64,000 nt of DNA. Origin: Cellvibrionaceae bacterium (lineage in GTDB: Bacteria > Pseudomonadota > Gammaproteobacteria > Pseudomonadales > Cellvibrionaceae). The notes under the pieces are model-generated. The model made no database searches, had not been told where the DNA came from, and saw nothing but the letters and a program-made list of their open reading frames with translations. The translations under genes and the position numbers were made by a program. The stretch spans positions 603 through 64,602 of the forward strand of contig JBLHWO010000001.1 of the NCBI GenBank assembly GCA_047629215.1, read 5' to 3'. Positions 38,172 to 49,915 of this stretch are shown one piece after another (position 1 is the first letter of the stretch; the number at the start of each line of letters is the position of its first letter).

Positions 38172-41100
38172 CTAATTTGAATCTAGCCCATAAAAGTTAT
38201 CGATCAAAGGGAAATAGAGGGCGCAACGTATAGGTTCAGCTTGTTCTTGAGCTAGTACTTTGTAGCTATATAGCTGTTCACGATATGTTTCAGCCTCTTG
38301 TTGAATAAAGTCCTCTATAGATTGATTCGTCTCATGCTCACTACTTTTGTAGTCGATTATCCAGCGAAACTTATCGAGCTTATCGATAAAGGTGCGATCA
38401 ATAATTAATTCTTTAGAATTTCCTTCAGGTGTCACTCCGTCTGATGAGCTCTGTGATGACCATAGTGCTAACTCACACTCACTGTCTTTATGTTTGTCGT
38501 TTAACAACCATTGGTCTATGTTGCTTTTAAGAATCGGATAAAGTATTTGTGATTGCTTCTCAATATACCTATTCACTACGTTATATTCTAAGCCAAGCTT
38601 TAAAAACTGTTTTCCAAAAGGGTTGCTGTTGAGTAATGCGCTTTAAATCCCAGTTTTATATCCGCTTTGGGTAAGCTACTCTATAGCTGCATGTAGCATT
38701 TTGCCAAAACAACGATGATAACGTTGAATTAATTCACTTGAGCTGGCTATGTTATCTTCAGTACATATTTCGTTAAAGTTTGCTAGGCAATATTTTTTTA
38801 ATAAATCATTTTTGTCTATAGCTGGATGTCGCCACTCTGTTGATAGACAAATAAATTTGTTGGGGTTTTTATCAATTTTTTTCTACAACAGGTAGAGAAA
38901 GATTATCATTGTAAGACAAGTTTTAGTTATCCGCCTCATCAATAATATAAGGCCACAAACGATTAAGAGCACTGTCATTGTTAGGCCTTATAAATTCTTT
39001 TTTATCATTATTATTTACAATATTATGACCTAATAAGTGCAATTTTTTAATCGATCTGGTGCATGCAACATAAAGTAAGCGATCGGATTCTAACTGCTGC
39101 TTTAATTTTTTCTGAAGTCGAATCTAGTTATATATTTAATCTTGATCGACGCCTGTGGCATGAGCGGGGCTAATTAATGAAGGTCTTGTTTTTCTTGGTC
39201 TAGTCATTGAAAGTATACCATTAATTCTTTTTTATCTGATGTCGGTGATAAATCTATTCCAGGAATAATGACAGTTTCAAATACTAAGACCTTAGATTTA
39301 TGAATCGTCATAATATCTACAGGAGGAAGAGACAGCTTTATTTCCACATCATCGAAATTAAGATCGTTTTGGTTATACAAGCGACTAATGGCATCGTCAA
39401 AAATAGACCATTAAGGTAGTTCTCTGCCTTTTTGATATTTCGTTAAACATTTAAAAATGCATTAACAGAGTGTTTTTCTTCCTTGTTGAGCAGTAAGGCA
39501 TCACCGCCGAGCTGTAACCATGCGCCCTCAATCCAGTTGCGTAAACTGTCTCTTTTTTGTTTGTTGGGGATAAGCTTAATCGATTCATTAAAGCGTTTTA
39601 AAATATCGTCTCCACGCGTAGATAGCGTTATATTCTTTTGATGGTATAATAACAGCGTCGGTAGTGTTATTTTATTGTTCTTGAAACGAGGGTTATCGAT
39701 AAGAGCGTTATCGACTTGATGCAAGTCTTGCATGTCTAAACCACACCAAGGTGCCCTTAGTAGAGATAGCCAAGCGATACGTTCATTAGGATAGAGTAGG
39801 GCGCGAGTCAGGTTGAGTAGGCCCATAATAACCATATTGGTATCAAGTTTATCTAGTTCAGTTGCTCGATAAGTGACATTTGCTTTTTTAAGTTACTGAA
39901 CGATAGTGCTTACTTGAGAACGCTTCCTGACTAATATAGCAATGCTATCATCGAGGTTTTGAGCTTGATGCTTATGTATAAGGTCAACAATAATATCCGC
40001 TTCTTTTCGTCTTTCTGCGATATTTTCATTGTTAACGATTAAGTGTGTTTCTATCTCGCTATCCGTATTTGATGGATTGTAAACGTCAGTAGTTAGATGT
40101 TTTACTGCACCTTGATCTATTTTTTTCTGATGGAATACAGATTGAAAAAAAGTATTGCACCAATAGACCATCGACTCTTTTGAGCGAAAATTCACGATTA
40201 AATCCAATGGCATTAAATTAATATCGCCAAGGCCATTATCACGCAAGTCAAAAAAAATACCCACGTTAGCATCTCGAAAGCAATAACATTATTACATGGC
40301 ATCACCCACGACAAATAAAGTCCGTCCATCATCTGTTTGCCAGCCTGAGGTTAATTTTTTAAGTGATTGTAATTGAGGGGTGGATGTATCTTAAAATTCA
40401 TCTACCAATATATGTTGAATACGATAGTCGAGGGTGAGCGCTAAGTCACCGGGTCTATCTTCTTCACCTAGCGCATTGAGTACAGACAAAGTAATATATA
40501 ATCTGCTTTACCTAACTGTTGAAAAATAACCGTTAGCTGAGCGACTAATACAGACAATACTCTTGTCAGGCTATCAAGTAATTGCTACTGCTGATCATTA
40601 TACTCGGCGTCAGGTAAGTGACGTGAAAGATGTAGTGCCTGTATTAATTCTTAGGGCTCAGGTAATGTCGATATTTCCAGTAATATTTGTTCTATTTTTT
40701 TTTGCTGTTTTGTAAACGTTTGCTCTCCTTTTGTCTGCTTTTTGTCAACAGCTGGGAAGCCATGGGTTTTATTAATTGTTTTTCTAATCTCCCCTTATTT
40801 GTTAATAATAATTCTGCAAGGGCTTGCCATCTTTCTATATCGGTTTGATTGGCTGCGGGTAATTCACTGATGCCTAAACAAGAGCAGATAATGGATTTTC
40901 TATTTTCTTTATCTTGATTGCTAGAAGCGTAGTCGGCTAATTCAATCAGTTCCCGAGAAAATAAAATGATTAGTTCTTGTAGAGAGGGTAAATGGTTATC
41001 AATAACAAGGCTAAAGTTGATTCTAATAATTAGCGTTGGTTTTTGGCCGTATATAAAGAGCCGAGCCATTGGACCCGACGCTTGAGTAGCTTAACCAGCA

Positions 41101-41701
41101 GTTCTTCAATAATAGAAGTCTGATTGTTAAAGTGTTTTATTAAAAGGCGAATGTTATTCTTAATATCATTTTAATGTTCAATTAACTTTAGAGTCTCTCT
41201 TACAGCTATGAGATAAGCATGTCCAGTATCTGCACTATCTAGCATTTCAGGTGTATTGCCCATGCCATTACTTAAAGGCATTTGTTTACTCAATAAACGG
41301 TAGAAGCTATCGATAGTGGTGATTTTCAAACGGTTTGGCAAAGATAATAATTGCCATTGTTGTTCTTGATTTCGAGTTACGACTTTTTTGGTGAGTTCCC
41401 ACGTCGTTAAATTATAATCATTAGTAGGAGCAGGATCGACATTTTCGATTTGTTTTTGTGTTTTTAACAAAGCAGAAAAAATTCGACTTTGCATTTCAGC
41501 CGCAGCTTTTTTGGTAAAGGTAATTGCTAGAATTTTTTCGGGTTGTTCACACTCCCCTAAAAGAGACAGTGCTCTTTGTGTGAGTAAGCCTGTCTTACCT
41601 GAACCATCCGGAGCACTAACGGCAAAAGAATGCCGAGTATCTAGAGTCTGTTGTCGTATATGGCTATCGCTAGGTTGAGTCATTGGGTTTTTCTTTATCA
41701 T
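38172..41701 (-). pseudogene. Decayed UvrD/AddA-like helicase-nuclease
   Basis: The region is co-linear with a ~1170-aa helicase but broken into fragments of 176 aa or less. The N-terminal Walker A is SAPDGSGKT (41171-41701). Motif III reads VGDAM**CYCFRDANVG, with two stop codons near 40270-40300. A UvrD_C-like fragment lies at 39443-39835. The C-terminal PD-(D/E)XK nuclease fragment has IIDRTF and WIIDYKS (38172-38576). Confidence 0.8.
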
Positions 41702-44452
41702 ATAAACGGTAAAGGGGTAGTAAGTCCTTGTTATTGTTTGCTGCGCTGCTATCTCTGTAATCGATTTCAGTGCGGGCTTTTAGGAAGTTATCTAAAACGT
41801 TATTTAATACCGCTGTCCAATATTCTTTAGCTGTTTCCCGAGTCGCGGGTAGTTGCGAACGTAGCATATCTATCGCTTTGATCCCCTCTATTCCTATGGC
41901 AATGTTAGATGCTAGAGTCTTGGCAGTAAGTTCTCTATCATTCTTAACGGGGTAAGCGTCAGTCCCACATGGCCCGTAAATTATTGTTTTCGAACATTAA
42001 TTTCTGCAAAGACAATGCCGCTAACAAATTATTGGCGAGTAATTAAGTATAAAGGTAGCTGTGGTTCGCGTGATCGCTTTCCCTGCCAACCGTTAACACT
42101 GGTTTTTCTAGTTTTGTAGTCAATGATTAAATAATTATCATCACTGAGCTGATCCACTCGGTCTAGTCGTAGTGTGAAATTGATATTTTGGAGTGTTACT
42201 TGGCATCAGTCTTCACTAGCTACCACGTTAAAAGTGGGGCGATTTTTTCCGACCTTAATGAGTCATAATAAAACCAATTATGTTTTTTTTTACTTTTCAG
42301 TTCACATAAAGTCTGACCTATGTGCTTAGGCTTTTTCCGCTTTAATAATTTAACTTGTGAATCGACACTTTTTTTTACTAGCGTACCGAGTGCAGAGTCA
42401 TTCATATCAAATAAGGTTTTTTGATCTTTTAGTTTGTCCCCAATAGCCGCTAAGGCCTGAAGTAGAATATTGCCTTTTGCTATAGCTGAAAAACCGTTAA
42501 CGGGAGGTAGAAAGTTTTTTGCGCCTAAGCGATAAATGGCAAAGGCATCAAAGGGGTTCGTCGATTGTGCTTTGATAATGTTTCCGCCCCGCCCAATTCT
42601 CTTTTATCATTTAAATCTTTGTTTGATACGGGTGGTCCTTGTTTACAATCAATAGTTTTCCATTGCTGGCTTTCTTGTGGTGATTGCGAGTAGAGCAAAA
42701 AATCACTCTGGTTATCTATATTTATTTTTTCAAGGGGAATATCATCAATAAGACGGCTAGTTAATAATAGTTGTTCACTATCTTCGTCGTATTCTGGTGA
42801 GCTAAAAATAATATGCTTAGCGCAATAGCGATAATTATTGGTTAACGAAGTAGCGAAGGCAAGTTCTCGCAAACTACTAGCGTGTGGCATATTATGTTTT
42901 GGCTGTAGCGCTAAGGGCAGCAAGGGGTCGGGCTTCAGGGCCGGTGGCCAAGCGTGTTGATGTAAACCTAAAACTCAGCAGTGGGTAAAATATAAGCCTG
43001 CACCTTCGAATATGCCTAAAACCTGAGTCGGAGAATCGGAGGCTTGGGCTTGGAATGCTCTATGGTTAGACATTCTTTGGCACTGTTGAATGGCGTAGTT
43101 AAGTGTAACGATACCCACTGTATTATCTAAGGCACAAAAATCTTCGAGAACTTGATACTAAAATTGTGTTTGTTGGTATTCATGGCTATCGGGACCACGA
43201 TCGCCAAGCCAATTTAGTAGCTTGAGATAAACTAAGAAATACTTTACCCATATAGAGATAATTGTTTTTTATTGCCGCTATTGTTACCTTGCCGCTTAAA
43301 GCGATCTGCAAACTACTTAGTATTATTAAAATAATGAAATAAAGACGCTTTATTACCATTGTTTAAATCACCATCTATACCACCACCTAAGCTACCATCT
43401 AATTTTTCTGCCCAGTAACGTACTTGGCTTAACTCCAATTCAAAGATACCTATTGATTGTAGCTTGCTGGCTAGTGTGTAACGTAGCTCTTTTTCATCTT
43501 CAAGCTTTCCCCAAAAAGGCGAAAATAAAAAGTTGCAAAAAAATTCAATGGGCCATGTTTGACGAGTCAGATTTAATAACTAAAAAGTAGACTGTATTAA
43601 GAGCATATCGCCTAAGGGTATGTCAGCAGAGATATTGAAAGTTCAGGTGTAGCAGTTTACTGCTGGTAGTAGTTTGTGACGTTCAAAGCTGTTAATTAAC
43701 ACGTGTTCGATTTTATCGCGGCATTGGCCGAGATTGGGTACGATAATGCCGATGCGTAGATGGGCATCATTTTCGATAAGGGATTTTGCCCATTCTGCCA
43801 CCGTTGCCATCTCGGTATCGCTAAAGGTAGTTCGGTTGCTGCTCAGTGGTTCGGCAGTGTGTAAATCAACAGTAATTAGTTCTTCACTGGCGAGTAACAG
43901 CTGTTCTTCAAATAAAGGTGGGATATCATCAAAACCAAGCAGGTGAAGTTTTTTTTCTTTAGGCAGTGAGGTCTCACTAAAGGCTTTACCTATAATGCGA
44001 TAACTTTGTTCAGGTGTGATTAGCGCCTGTTTCTTTAATGCGAATTGAAATTTTTCGCACCATTTTTTATACAGTCCAACTGTACCTAAATCGTCTTCAG
44101 GTGAGTTATGTAAACTATCGCCAAATTCACTTAGGCTGCTTAGTGGCAGTTACCAGCGGTCAAGCATACGCAACCATTGGCAGCTTGTTGTGCAATAAGC
44201 TCTGGTTGCATAGGCCACTGTCTTCTGTAATAGCTTCCCATATCACTCGTTGTTGTTCTTCAGAAGCAATGGCAATATCGCTTGGTCCGTAAGCTTTTTT
44301 TGTAATGTTTGCCAACAGAGTGAAAACCACTGCTCCAGCGTCATTAACCGTGGCGCACGCCAAACACTTATGGCCTAATTTTTGCTGATGCACTCCCCAT
44401 GCTCGCAGAGCCTTACTTTTTAAGCGTTGATTGGCGGTTAATATCAGTTCAT
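41670..44452 (-). pseudogene. Decayed AddB-like PD-(D/E)XK nuclease / probable DNA repair protein (TIGR03623-like)
   Basis: The fragments include LILTANQRLKSKALRAWG (N-terminus, frameshifted right after the ATG at 44452) and LPLALQPKHNMPHASSLRELAFA (42525-42923). My translation near 42060-42170 gives DRVDQLSDDNYLIIDYKTRK...EPQLPLYLI. No ORF in the region exceeds 132 aa. Confidence 0.75.
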
Positions 44453-44502
44453 TCGACTGGCAGGCGATGAGTATGGCTTATATTCTAAATAGCGGGGCAA
44501 TA

Positions 44503-45372
44503 TTATGTGATCTCAATAAATCGAATATCACCCAAGCCACGCTGAAATAGGGCCGGTGCTAGTTGGGAGATAGAGTCTTGTTGCTCGTTAGAGATTTCTG
44601 TGAACAAACTGTAGTGCTTTAAACTATTAGTGTCAGAAGGGTTGCTGCTGCATGAGGATAATTTCAGTTCATCTAGCCAATAGCCTACTCGTCTTGCAAT
44701 AGCCTCTCCTGAATCTACCCAGTGCTTTATATGCCCTAGCGCCTGTTTGAGTTCGTTTCTTAGTAATGGAAAATGAGTACAGGCGAGAACAATGGTGTCC
44801 ATTTTTTGTGAGTCATTAAAAGGGCTGACAATAGCGGCAAGGCGCTCTTGGAATGAAGGCATGGCTTGCGGCGAAAAAGATGACTCGAAAGATGAGCCAC
44901 AGCGTAGTTTTTCTTCGGCAAGCGCTACCAGCTCGCTCGATCCTATAGAGATCACGGAGCAATCACTAGCAAACTCTTTGATAAGATTTTGAGTATAGCC
45001 ACGAGCGACAGTGCCGGGTGTGGCAAGCAAGCCAATGACTTTACTCTGACTGATTTTTGCAGCCGGTTTAATGGCAGGTACGACGCCAACAATGGGTAAG
45101 GTAAATCGTTCACGAATGGTGGGTAGCGCAACGGTACTTGCAGTATTACAGGCCACAACAATAATATCGGCTTTGGTGGTGCTTTGCAGTTGGTGCAATA
45201 CATTATCTACGCGTTCTATCAACACCTCTGAATCTTTGGTACCGTAGGGAAAGAAGGCATTATCTGAGGCGTAGATAATATCGCAATAGGGATGTTGAGT
45301 TTGAATAGATTCGGCAATGCTTAGCCCGCCTACACCAGAGTCAAAAATCAGAATACGTGGGGTATTACTCAA
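44503..45372 (-). CDS. murI: Glutamate racemase
   Basis: 289 aa. IFDSGVGGLS, VVACNTAS and LACTHFPLL are the two catalytic Cys motifs. Confidence 0.9.
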   Translation of the reverse strand: MSNTPRILIFDSGVGGLSIAESIQTQHPYCDIIYASDNAFFPYGTKDSEVLIERVDNVLHQLQSTTKADIIVVACNTASTVALPTIRERFTLPIVGVVPAIKPAAKISQSKVIGLLATPGTVARGYTQNLIKEFASDCSVISIGSSELVALAEEKLRCGSSFESSFSPQAMPSFQERLAAIVSPFNDSQKMDTIVLACTHFPLLRNELKQALGHIKHWVDSGEAIARRVGYWLDELKLSSCSSNPSDTNSLKHYSLFTEISNEQQDSISQLAPALFQRGLGDIRFIEIT

Positions 45373-45442
45373 AAGGACATCCTATTTATGTCGGTTTAAT
45401 CAAAGCAGGGATTCTACTTCAGCGGCGGCTTGAGCGCATCTG

Positions 45443-45850
45443 CTATAAACCGCTAATGGCTTCTTTATACTTAGGCTTTTCATTAGTAAATACAGCGTCA
45501 CCGCCAAGGCAATAGGCCCGCTGGAGGTAGTTGATAGCCTGAAGATCATGGCCAGTATTGAGCAGGGTTTGACCTAAGCGCATTTCAACCAATGAGCGTG
45601 TTTCTGTTTGTTCGCAGGCCAAGGCTGAGCGTAGGGCTTCGATGGCGAGCTCGTACTTTTTCATTCGGTAATAAGTATCGCCAATAGCGGAGAGCACCGT
45701 TTCAGCATCGGGTTCTTGAGTTTGAGGCTTAGGTAGCTTTACCCAAGCTTGATAGAATAAGCGTAATGCGCTGTCGTAGTCCCCTTTTGAATAGTGCTGG
45801 TAGCCTTTGACACAGATCGCCTGTATTGTTGCGGTGATTTCAGAGTTCAT
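45443..45850 (-). CDS. Tetratricopeptide repeat protein
   Basis: 135 aa with TPR-like repeats (YDSALRLFYQA, YELAIEALRSAL, AINYLQRAY). Confidence 0.65.
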   Translation of the reverse strand: MNSEITATIQAICVKGYQHYSKGDYDSALRLFYQAWVKLPKPQTQEPDAETVLSAIGDTYYRMKKYELAIEALRSALACEQTETRSLVEMRLGQTLLNTGHDLQAINYLQRAYCLGGDAVFTNEKPKYKEAISGL

Positions 45851-45994
45851 TATTTAATCTTATACAATAATTGGTATCCATAGGGAGATATGAACAATAT
45901 TTTGAGAGTGGATAATAACACAGACCGTCGAATAGCAAAGCCACTTAGCTTTTATAGTCAATATACCAACCCTATCAAAGAGAGATCCGCTTAA

Positions 45995-47326
45995 ATGCAG
46001 CCCCTTATAGACTTAATTCTTGTCAACCAACCGCAACTTATTATGGTTGGTATCGGATGCTTGTTAGGCGGGTCACTAATAGGCTGTTGGGTTTATTATT
46101 TAGGGCGTAAAAAGCTAGGTTTAGTACTCGAAGAGAGCAGTCAATGCCAGTTACAGCTACATCGAACCCGTGAAGAGCTTGCTGGCCTGAAAGGCCGGCA
46201 TGGCCAAATGCAGTTCCAGTTGCAAGAGCAGACCCATCTACTTAAAGAGGCTCGCTTGCAGCTAGGGCAGGAGTTTGAAAACCTTGCCAACCGAATTTTT
46301 GAGACAAAGCAACAGCAATTCGATGTCCAAAATCAGAAAACGCTCAATCAATCCCTGAGCCCGCTAAAGCTACAAATAGATGAATTTAAGAAGCAAGTTG
46401 CCGATGTTTATCAAAAAGAAAGTGCTGAGCGTAATCAACTCATTGGTAAAATTGGTGAACTGCAACTGCAAACCCAAAAAATAGGCGAAGATGCTATTAA
46501 TTTAGCCTTGGCCTTAAAGGGCGATAATAAAACTCAAGGTAACTGGGGTGAGGTGATTTTAGAGCGTCTCTTAGAGGAATCAGGCCTGCAAAAAGGCCGT
46601 GAATACGATGCTCAAGTTGCCATGAATGACGAGAGCGGTCAACGCCGTAATCCTGATGTCGTCATTTATCTTCCGGAAAATAAACAATTGGTTATTGATG
46701 CCAAAGTGTCACTGGTAGATTACGAACGTTATATTAATGCAGACGATGAAGTGCAAAAAAAACGTTATCTACTAGCTCATGTCAGCTCTGTACGTACGCA
46801 TATTAAAAATTTAAGTGTCAAAAATTACGAATCTTTAAAAGGTTTACAAAGCCTCGATTTCATTTTCATTTTTATGCCAGTTGAAGCTGCATTTATGCTG
46901 GCTTTACAAACTGAACCGGCCCTATTTAAAGAAGCTTACGATAAACAAATTGTACTTGTTAGTCCCACCACATTGATGGCAACATTACGTACAGTAGCTA
47001 ATCTTTGGCGTTATCATAAGCAACATAAAAACGCCGAAAAAATTGCTCTACAAGCTGGTGGGCTTTATGATCAATTTGTATTAGTGGTTGAATCACTCGA
47101 TGATTTAGGTTCTTTACTCGATAAAACTCAAACTAGTTATGGTGTGGTTCGTAAGCGCCTAGTCGAGGGTAAAGGTAATTTAGTGAAGCGTATTGAAGGC
47201 TTGCGTTATTTAGGCGCTAAAACAAAACGTATTTTACCTCTTGATAAGCTCATCGATGATGAGCTAGGCCCTCAAGAGCGCTTAGAAGAAATAAATACAG
47301 AAGAGGCTGAGTCAGAAGATAAATAA
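45995..47326 (+). CDS. rmuC: DNA recombination protein RmuC
   Basis: 443 aa with an N-terminal TM segment, a long coiled coil, and the RmuC nuclease-like core (GNWGEVILERLLE, PDVVIYLP...DAKVSL, SPTTLMATLR). Confidence 0.9.
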   Translation: MQPLIDLILVNQPQLIMVGIGCLLGGSLIGCWVYYLGRKKLGLVLEESSQCQLQLHRTREELAGLKGRHGQMQFQLQEQTHLLKEARLQLGQEFENLANRIFETKQQQFDVQNQKTLNQSLSPLKLQIDEFKKQVADVYQKESAERNQLIGKIGELQLQTQKIGEDAINLALALKGDNKTQGNWGEVILERLLEESGLQKGREYDAQVAMNDESGQRRNPDVVIYLPENKQLVIDAKVSLVDYERYINADDEVQKKRYLLAHVSSVRTHIKNLSVKNYESLKGLQSLDFIFIFMPVEAAFMLALQTEPALFKEAYDKQIVLVSPTTLMATLRTVANLWRYHKQHKNAEKIALQAGGLYDQFVLVVESLDDLGSLLDKTQTSYGVVRKRLVEGKGNLVKRIEGLRYLGAKTKRILPLDKLIDDELGPQERLEEINTEEAESEDK

Positions 47327-47407
47327 GATTTGCCCCCTTAGGGTGGGCTGTACCCACCATTGCGATAAGACATTTTTTTTAGAAATACTCTTGATTTTGG
47401 AGATGAC

Positions 47408-47875
47408 ATGATTTTATGGTTAATATTAAGCGGAGCAATTGTTCTAATTGTTTTATCGTTTATTGCATGGCGCTTGCAAAAGCGTGTTAAGCAAATTGAG
47501 AGTGTGAAAGTTGAGCAGCGACAGGAGCTTGAAGAGCTTAAAGATAATCACCAGCAATACTTGAATAGTAGCATCCAGATATTGGCAAAAGGGATTCTTG
47601 ATGAACAATTAACCTTAACAGAAGGCGCTATTCGTATCAGTGTTCTATTGGGCAATTTAAAAATCAACGATAACCACCGAGAAGAATATAGCGCTTTTTT
47701 TCAGCTGGCTGAAGCGACTTCACACATTCCTATTTTAGATGCCTGGAAAAAATTACCAAAAAAAGAAAAAGCTCGTCTTGAAAAAGAACGCGTTACTATT
47801 GAAGAAAAATATAAAGATTTCATAGTCGATGCTGCCAAGCGGATTAAAGGCCAACGTTTCAGTTCGCCTGATTAA
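47408..47875 (+). CDS. DUF2489-like membrane-anchored protein
   Basis: 155 aa with an N-terminal TM segment and a charged coiled region. The family is assigned from memory only. Confidence 0.5.
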   Translation: MILWLILSGAIVLIVLSFIAWRLQKRVKQIESVKVEQRQELEELKDNHQQYLNSSIQILAKGILDEQLTLTEGAIRISVLLGNLKINDNHREEYSAFFQLAEATSHIPILDAWKKLPKKEKARLEKERVTIEEKYKDFIVDAAKRIKGQRFSSPD

Positions 47876-47918
47876 CGTATTCAGTCGCAGGGCACGCCGT
47901 GCGCACCTATACGCTGTA

Positions 47919-48719
47919 TTAAATTACCTTTTTCTCCCAGTTTGATAATTGCACACAGGGCCCTGAAAACAGTGTATTACTTTGAGAGGGAAGTCGTTGA
48001 TCTTGAGTAACCAATAAACGGCTGCTATTACTAATAGTCTGCCAAATAGGTTTGTTTAGATCCCATGATTCCCCTTTTGACGGCTCTTTACCAATATAAG
48101 TGAGTTCACCCGTATCTTTGTCTTCTGCCCATAAAAATAATGGCTGCGCAGTTTCTCTAGGTTGGCGTTGAGACCACTGTACAAATAAAGTTGAAGGTGT
48201 GCGTTCAGTTTTTTTGTAGACGTTGATAACAAAATGAATCGTATCCGCGCTATCATCGTGTTTAGACATCGCAGCCATATAGCTGGGAGCTGCGTTAACG
48301 GCTGGGATGTTATTCAAAGTATCGTTTAATGGAGCAATAAACAACATTAGCGCTAACGCGATAGAGGTAGCCATTCCAGCGATTCCTGTTGCCTGCCAAA
48401 GCAATAAGTTCTTCCACCCGCTGTTGTTCACTTTTCTATTAGTATGGTTTTTTTCATCGGGTGTTAGTTTGTCAATATTGCTCCATAGTCCATCGCTAGC
48501 GTTATCTTCAGGAAGCTCTAGCTGTATCTCGGCCATTTGATCAGACCAAAATGCCACAGCTCGATTAAGTTCTGGCGTTACGCTTAACAGTTTTTCTAAG
48601 CGTGTTCGTACACGTGGTGTCATTACGCTGGTAACGTATTGACTGGCAAGGTGTGCGCAGATTGTAGGGTTGCGATAACGTAGCCCCGGAGATTTGATTG
48701 TGTTTTTTAAGCTAGGCAT
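47919..48719 (-). CDS. Anti-sigma factor (RskA-like, single TM)
   Basis: It lies downstream of an ECF sigma gene and overlaps it by 13 nt. The N-terminus LASQYVTSVMTPRVRTRLEKLL resembles the anti-sigma N-terminal helix, and there is a central TM segment (GIAGMATSIALALMLFIA). I placed the start at the ATG at 48719. Confidence 0.7.
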   Translation of the reverse strand: MPSLKNTIKSPGLRYRNPTICAHLASQYVTSVMTPRVRTRLEKLLSVTPELNRAVAFWSDQMAEIQLELPEDNASDGLWSNIDKLTPDEKNHTNRKVNNSGWKNLLLWQATGIAGMATSIALALMLFIAPLNDTLNNIPAVNAAPSYMAAMSKHDDSADTIHFVINVYKKTERTPSTLFVQWSQRQPRETAQPLFLWAEDKDTGELTYIGKEPSKGESWDLNKPIWQTISNSSRLLVTQDQRLPSQSNTLFSGPCVQLSNWEKKVI

Positions 48720-49282
48720 GTTTTTAGCTCCTGTAAACCACGTCGCACCCAAGCCTTAATTGTACCGAGCGGCGTATTTAATTGAGCTGATAATTCACCA
48801 TGACTGTAGCCATGAATAAAAGATAATAGAATCGCTTGGCGTGGTTGTTCTTTTAATCTAGAAAGGCAGCTCCGAATGGAATGTTCTTGATTTAAATCTT
48901 CTTCATTAAATAATGTACTTAAGAGGGAGTTGTCGTCATCATCGGTAGAAATATGTGGGTGCGCTCTCAAACGACGGAGTTGATCAAGAGCAGCATTGCG
49001 TGTCAGTACACATAGCCAACCCCAAGCACTACCGGCGCCACTGTACTTATCTGCTTGTTTCCAAATTTTCACAAACACTTCTTGTAGGCATTCCTCTGCT
49101 TCGTATCGGTCGTGAATAATACGTATGATGATACCAAGTAGCTTACCGTTAGTCTCATCATAGAGTACTTTTAGGGCCGTTTTGTCATTGCGCTTGATCA
49201 TGTTAAGTAACTGATTAATATCGCTATTCCATTTAATAAGGACTTCGTTTTTTAACTGTTTTTGTAATTGTAAGTCAGTCAC
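48707..49282 (-). CDS. ECF-family RNA polymerase sigma factor
   Basis: 191 aa with region 2 (EAEECLQEVFVKIWKQADKY) and region 4 (YSHGELSAQLNTPLGTIKAWVRRGLQEL). Confidence 0.88.
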   Translation of the reverse strand: MTDLQLQKQLKNEVLIKWNSDINQLLNMIKRNDKTALKVLYDETNGKLLGIIIRIIHDRYEAEECLQEVFVKIWKQADKYSGAGSAWGWLCVLTRNAALDQLRRLRAHPHISTDDDDNSLLSTLFNEEDLNQEHSIRSCLSRLKEQPRQAILLSFIHGYSHGELSAQLNTPLGTIKAWVRRGLQELKTCLA

Positions 49283-49543
49283 AATATTCCATTTATTTTG
49301 TTATTTGATTTTCGGCTTATTACTGTATTATTTAAACAGTAACTCACTAGATGGCAATTTACCGATAGCCAGCTACTGGTAGCTATTCAGTATAAGAGAC
49401 GTAAAGGGAGTGAAATAACGCTCCCTTTACTAGTAGGAAGGCTATTGGGCTTACTCATTAGCCATAGCCAAACCAGCTTACCAACTATTTAATAGTTATG
49501 GGAATAGCTAGAGTTATTTTGACTATAGCTGCTCGATTTCACC

Positions 49544-49915
49544 TTAGTTTTTAGCAGTATGCCAAACACCACCCACGCCATCACCCGTGTTGTCGCCCGC
49601 TTTAGTATCACCAATCCAAGTATATAATGGTTGGCCGTTAAAGGCCCATTGTTTTGAGCCATCTTTACGGGTGGTAATTCCCCAGTCTTGTTTGGCTGTA
49701 GCATCGCTGGCAGCAGTATAAGGAGGCCATTTTACGGCACAGGGACCATAACAGACTGAGTTGCCTTCACTATCTTTATCAAAGGTATACAAGGTCATCC
49801 CTGCCTTATTGGTTAAGATTTTTTCTCCGGCATAAACATTTCCAGCTAGCACGGCGATTGTAAACGACAGTGCCATTAGTAAAATTTGAGTGTTTTTTTT
49901 CATTTTTTTCTCCAA
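49544..49915 (-). CDS. Secreted COG4315/Lipoprotein_15-repeat protein
   Basis: 123 aa with a signal peptide and two repeats of the type LYTFDKD...C.G.CA..WPP and PLYTWIGDTKAGD. Confidence 0.7.
   Translation of the reverse strand: MEKKMKKNTQILLMALSFTIAVLAGNVYAGEKILTNKAGMTLYTFDKDSEGNSVCYGPCAVKWPPYTAASDATAKQDWGITTRKDGSKQWAFNGQPLYTWIGDTKAGDNTGDGVGGVWHTAKN

Noticed and set aside
38172-44452. The helicase-nuclease pair as an active phage-defence system (Gabija- or AddAB-like).
   Set aside because: Both genes are heavily fragmented, and the motifs match the housekeeping TIGR03623/UvrD-type repair pair. Nothing functional remains to support a defence role.
47339-47375. The GGTGGG-CTGTA-CCCACC hairpin after rmuC as a terminator.
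   Set aside because: The stem is short and no T-run follows directly, so I did not call it as a feature.
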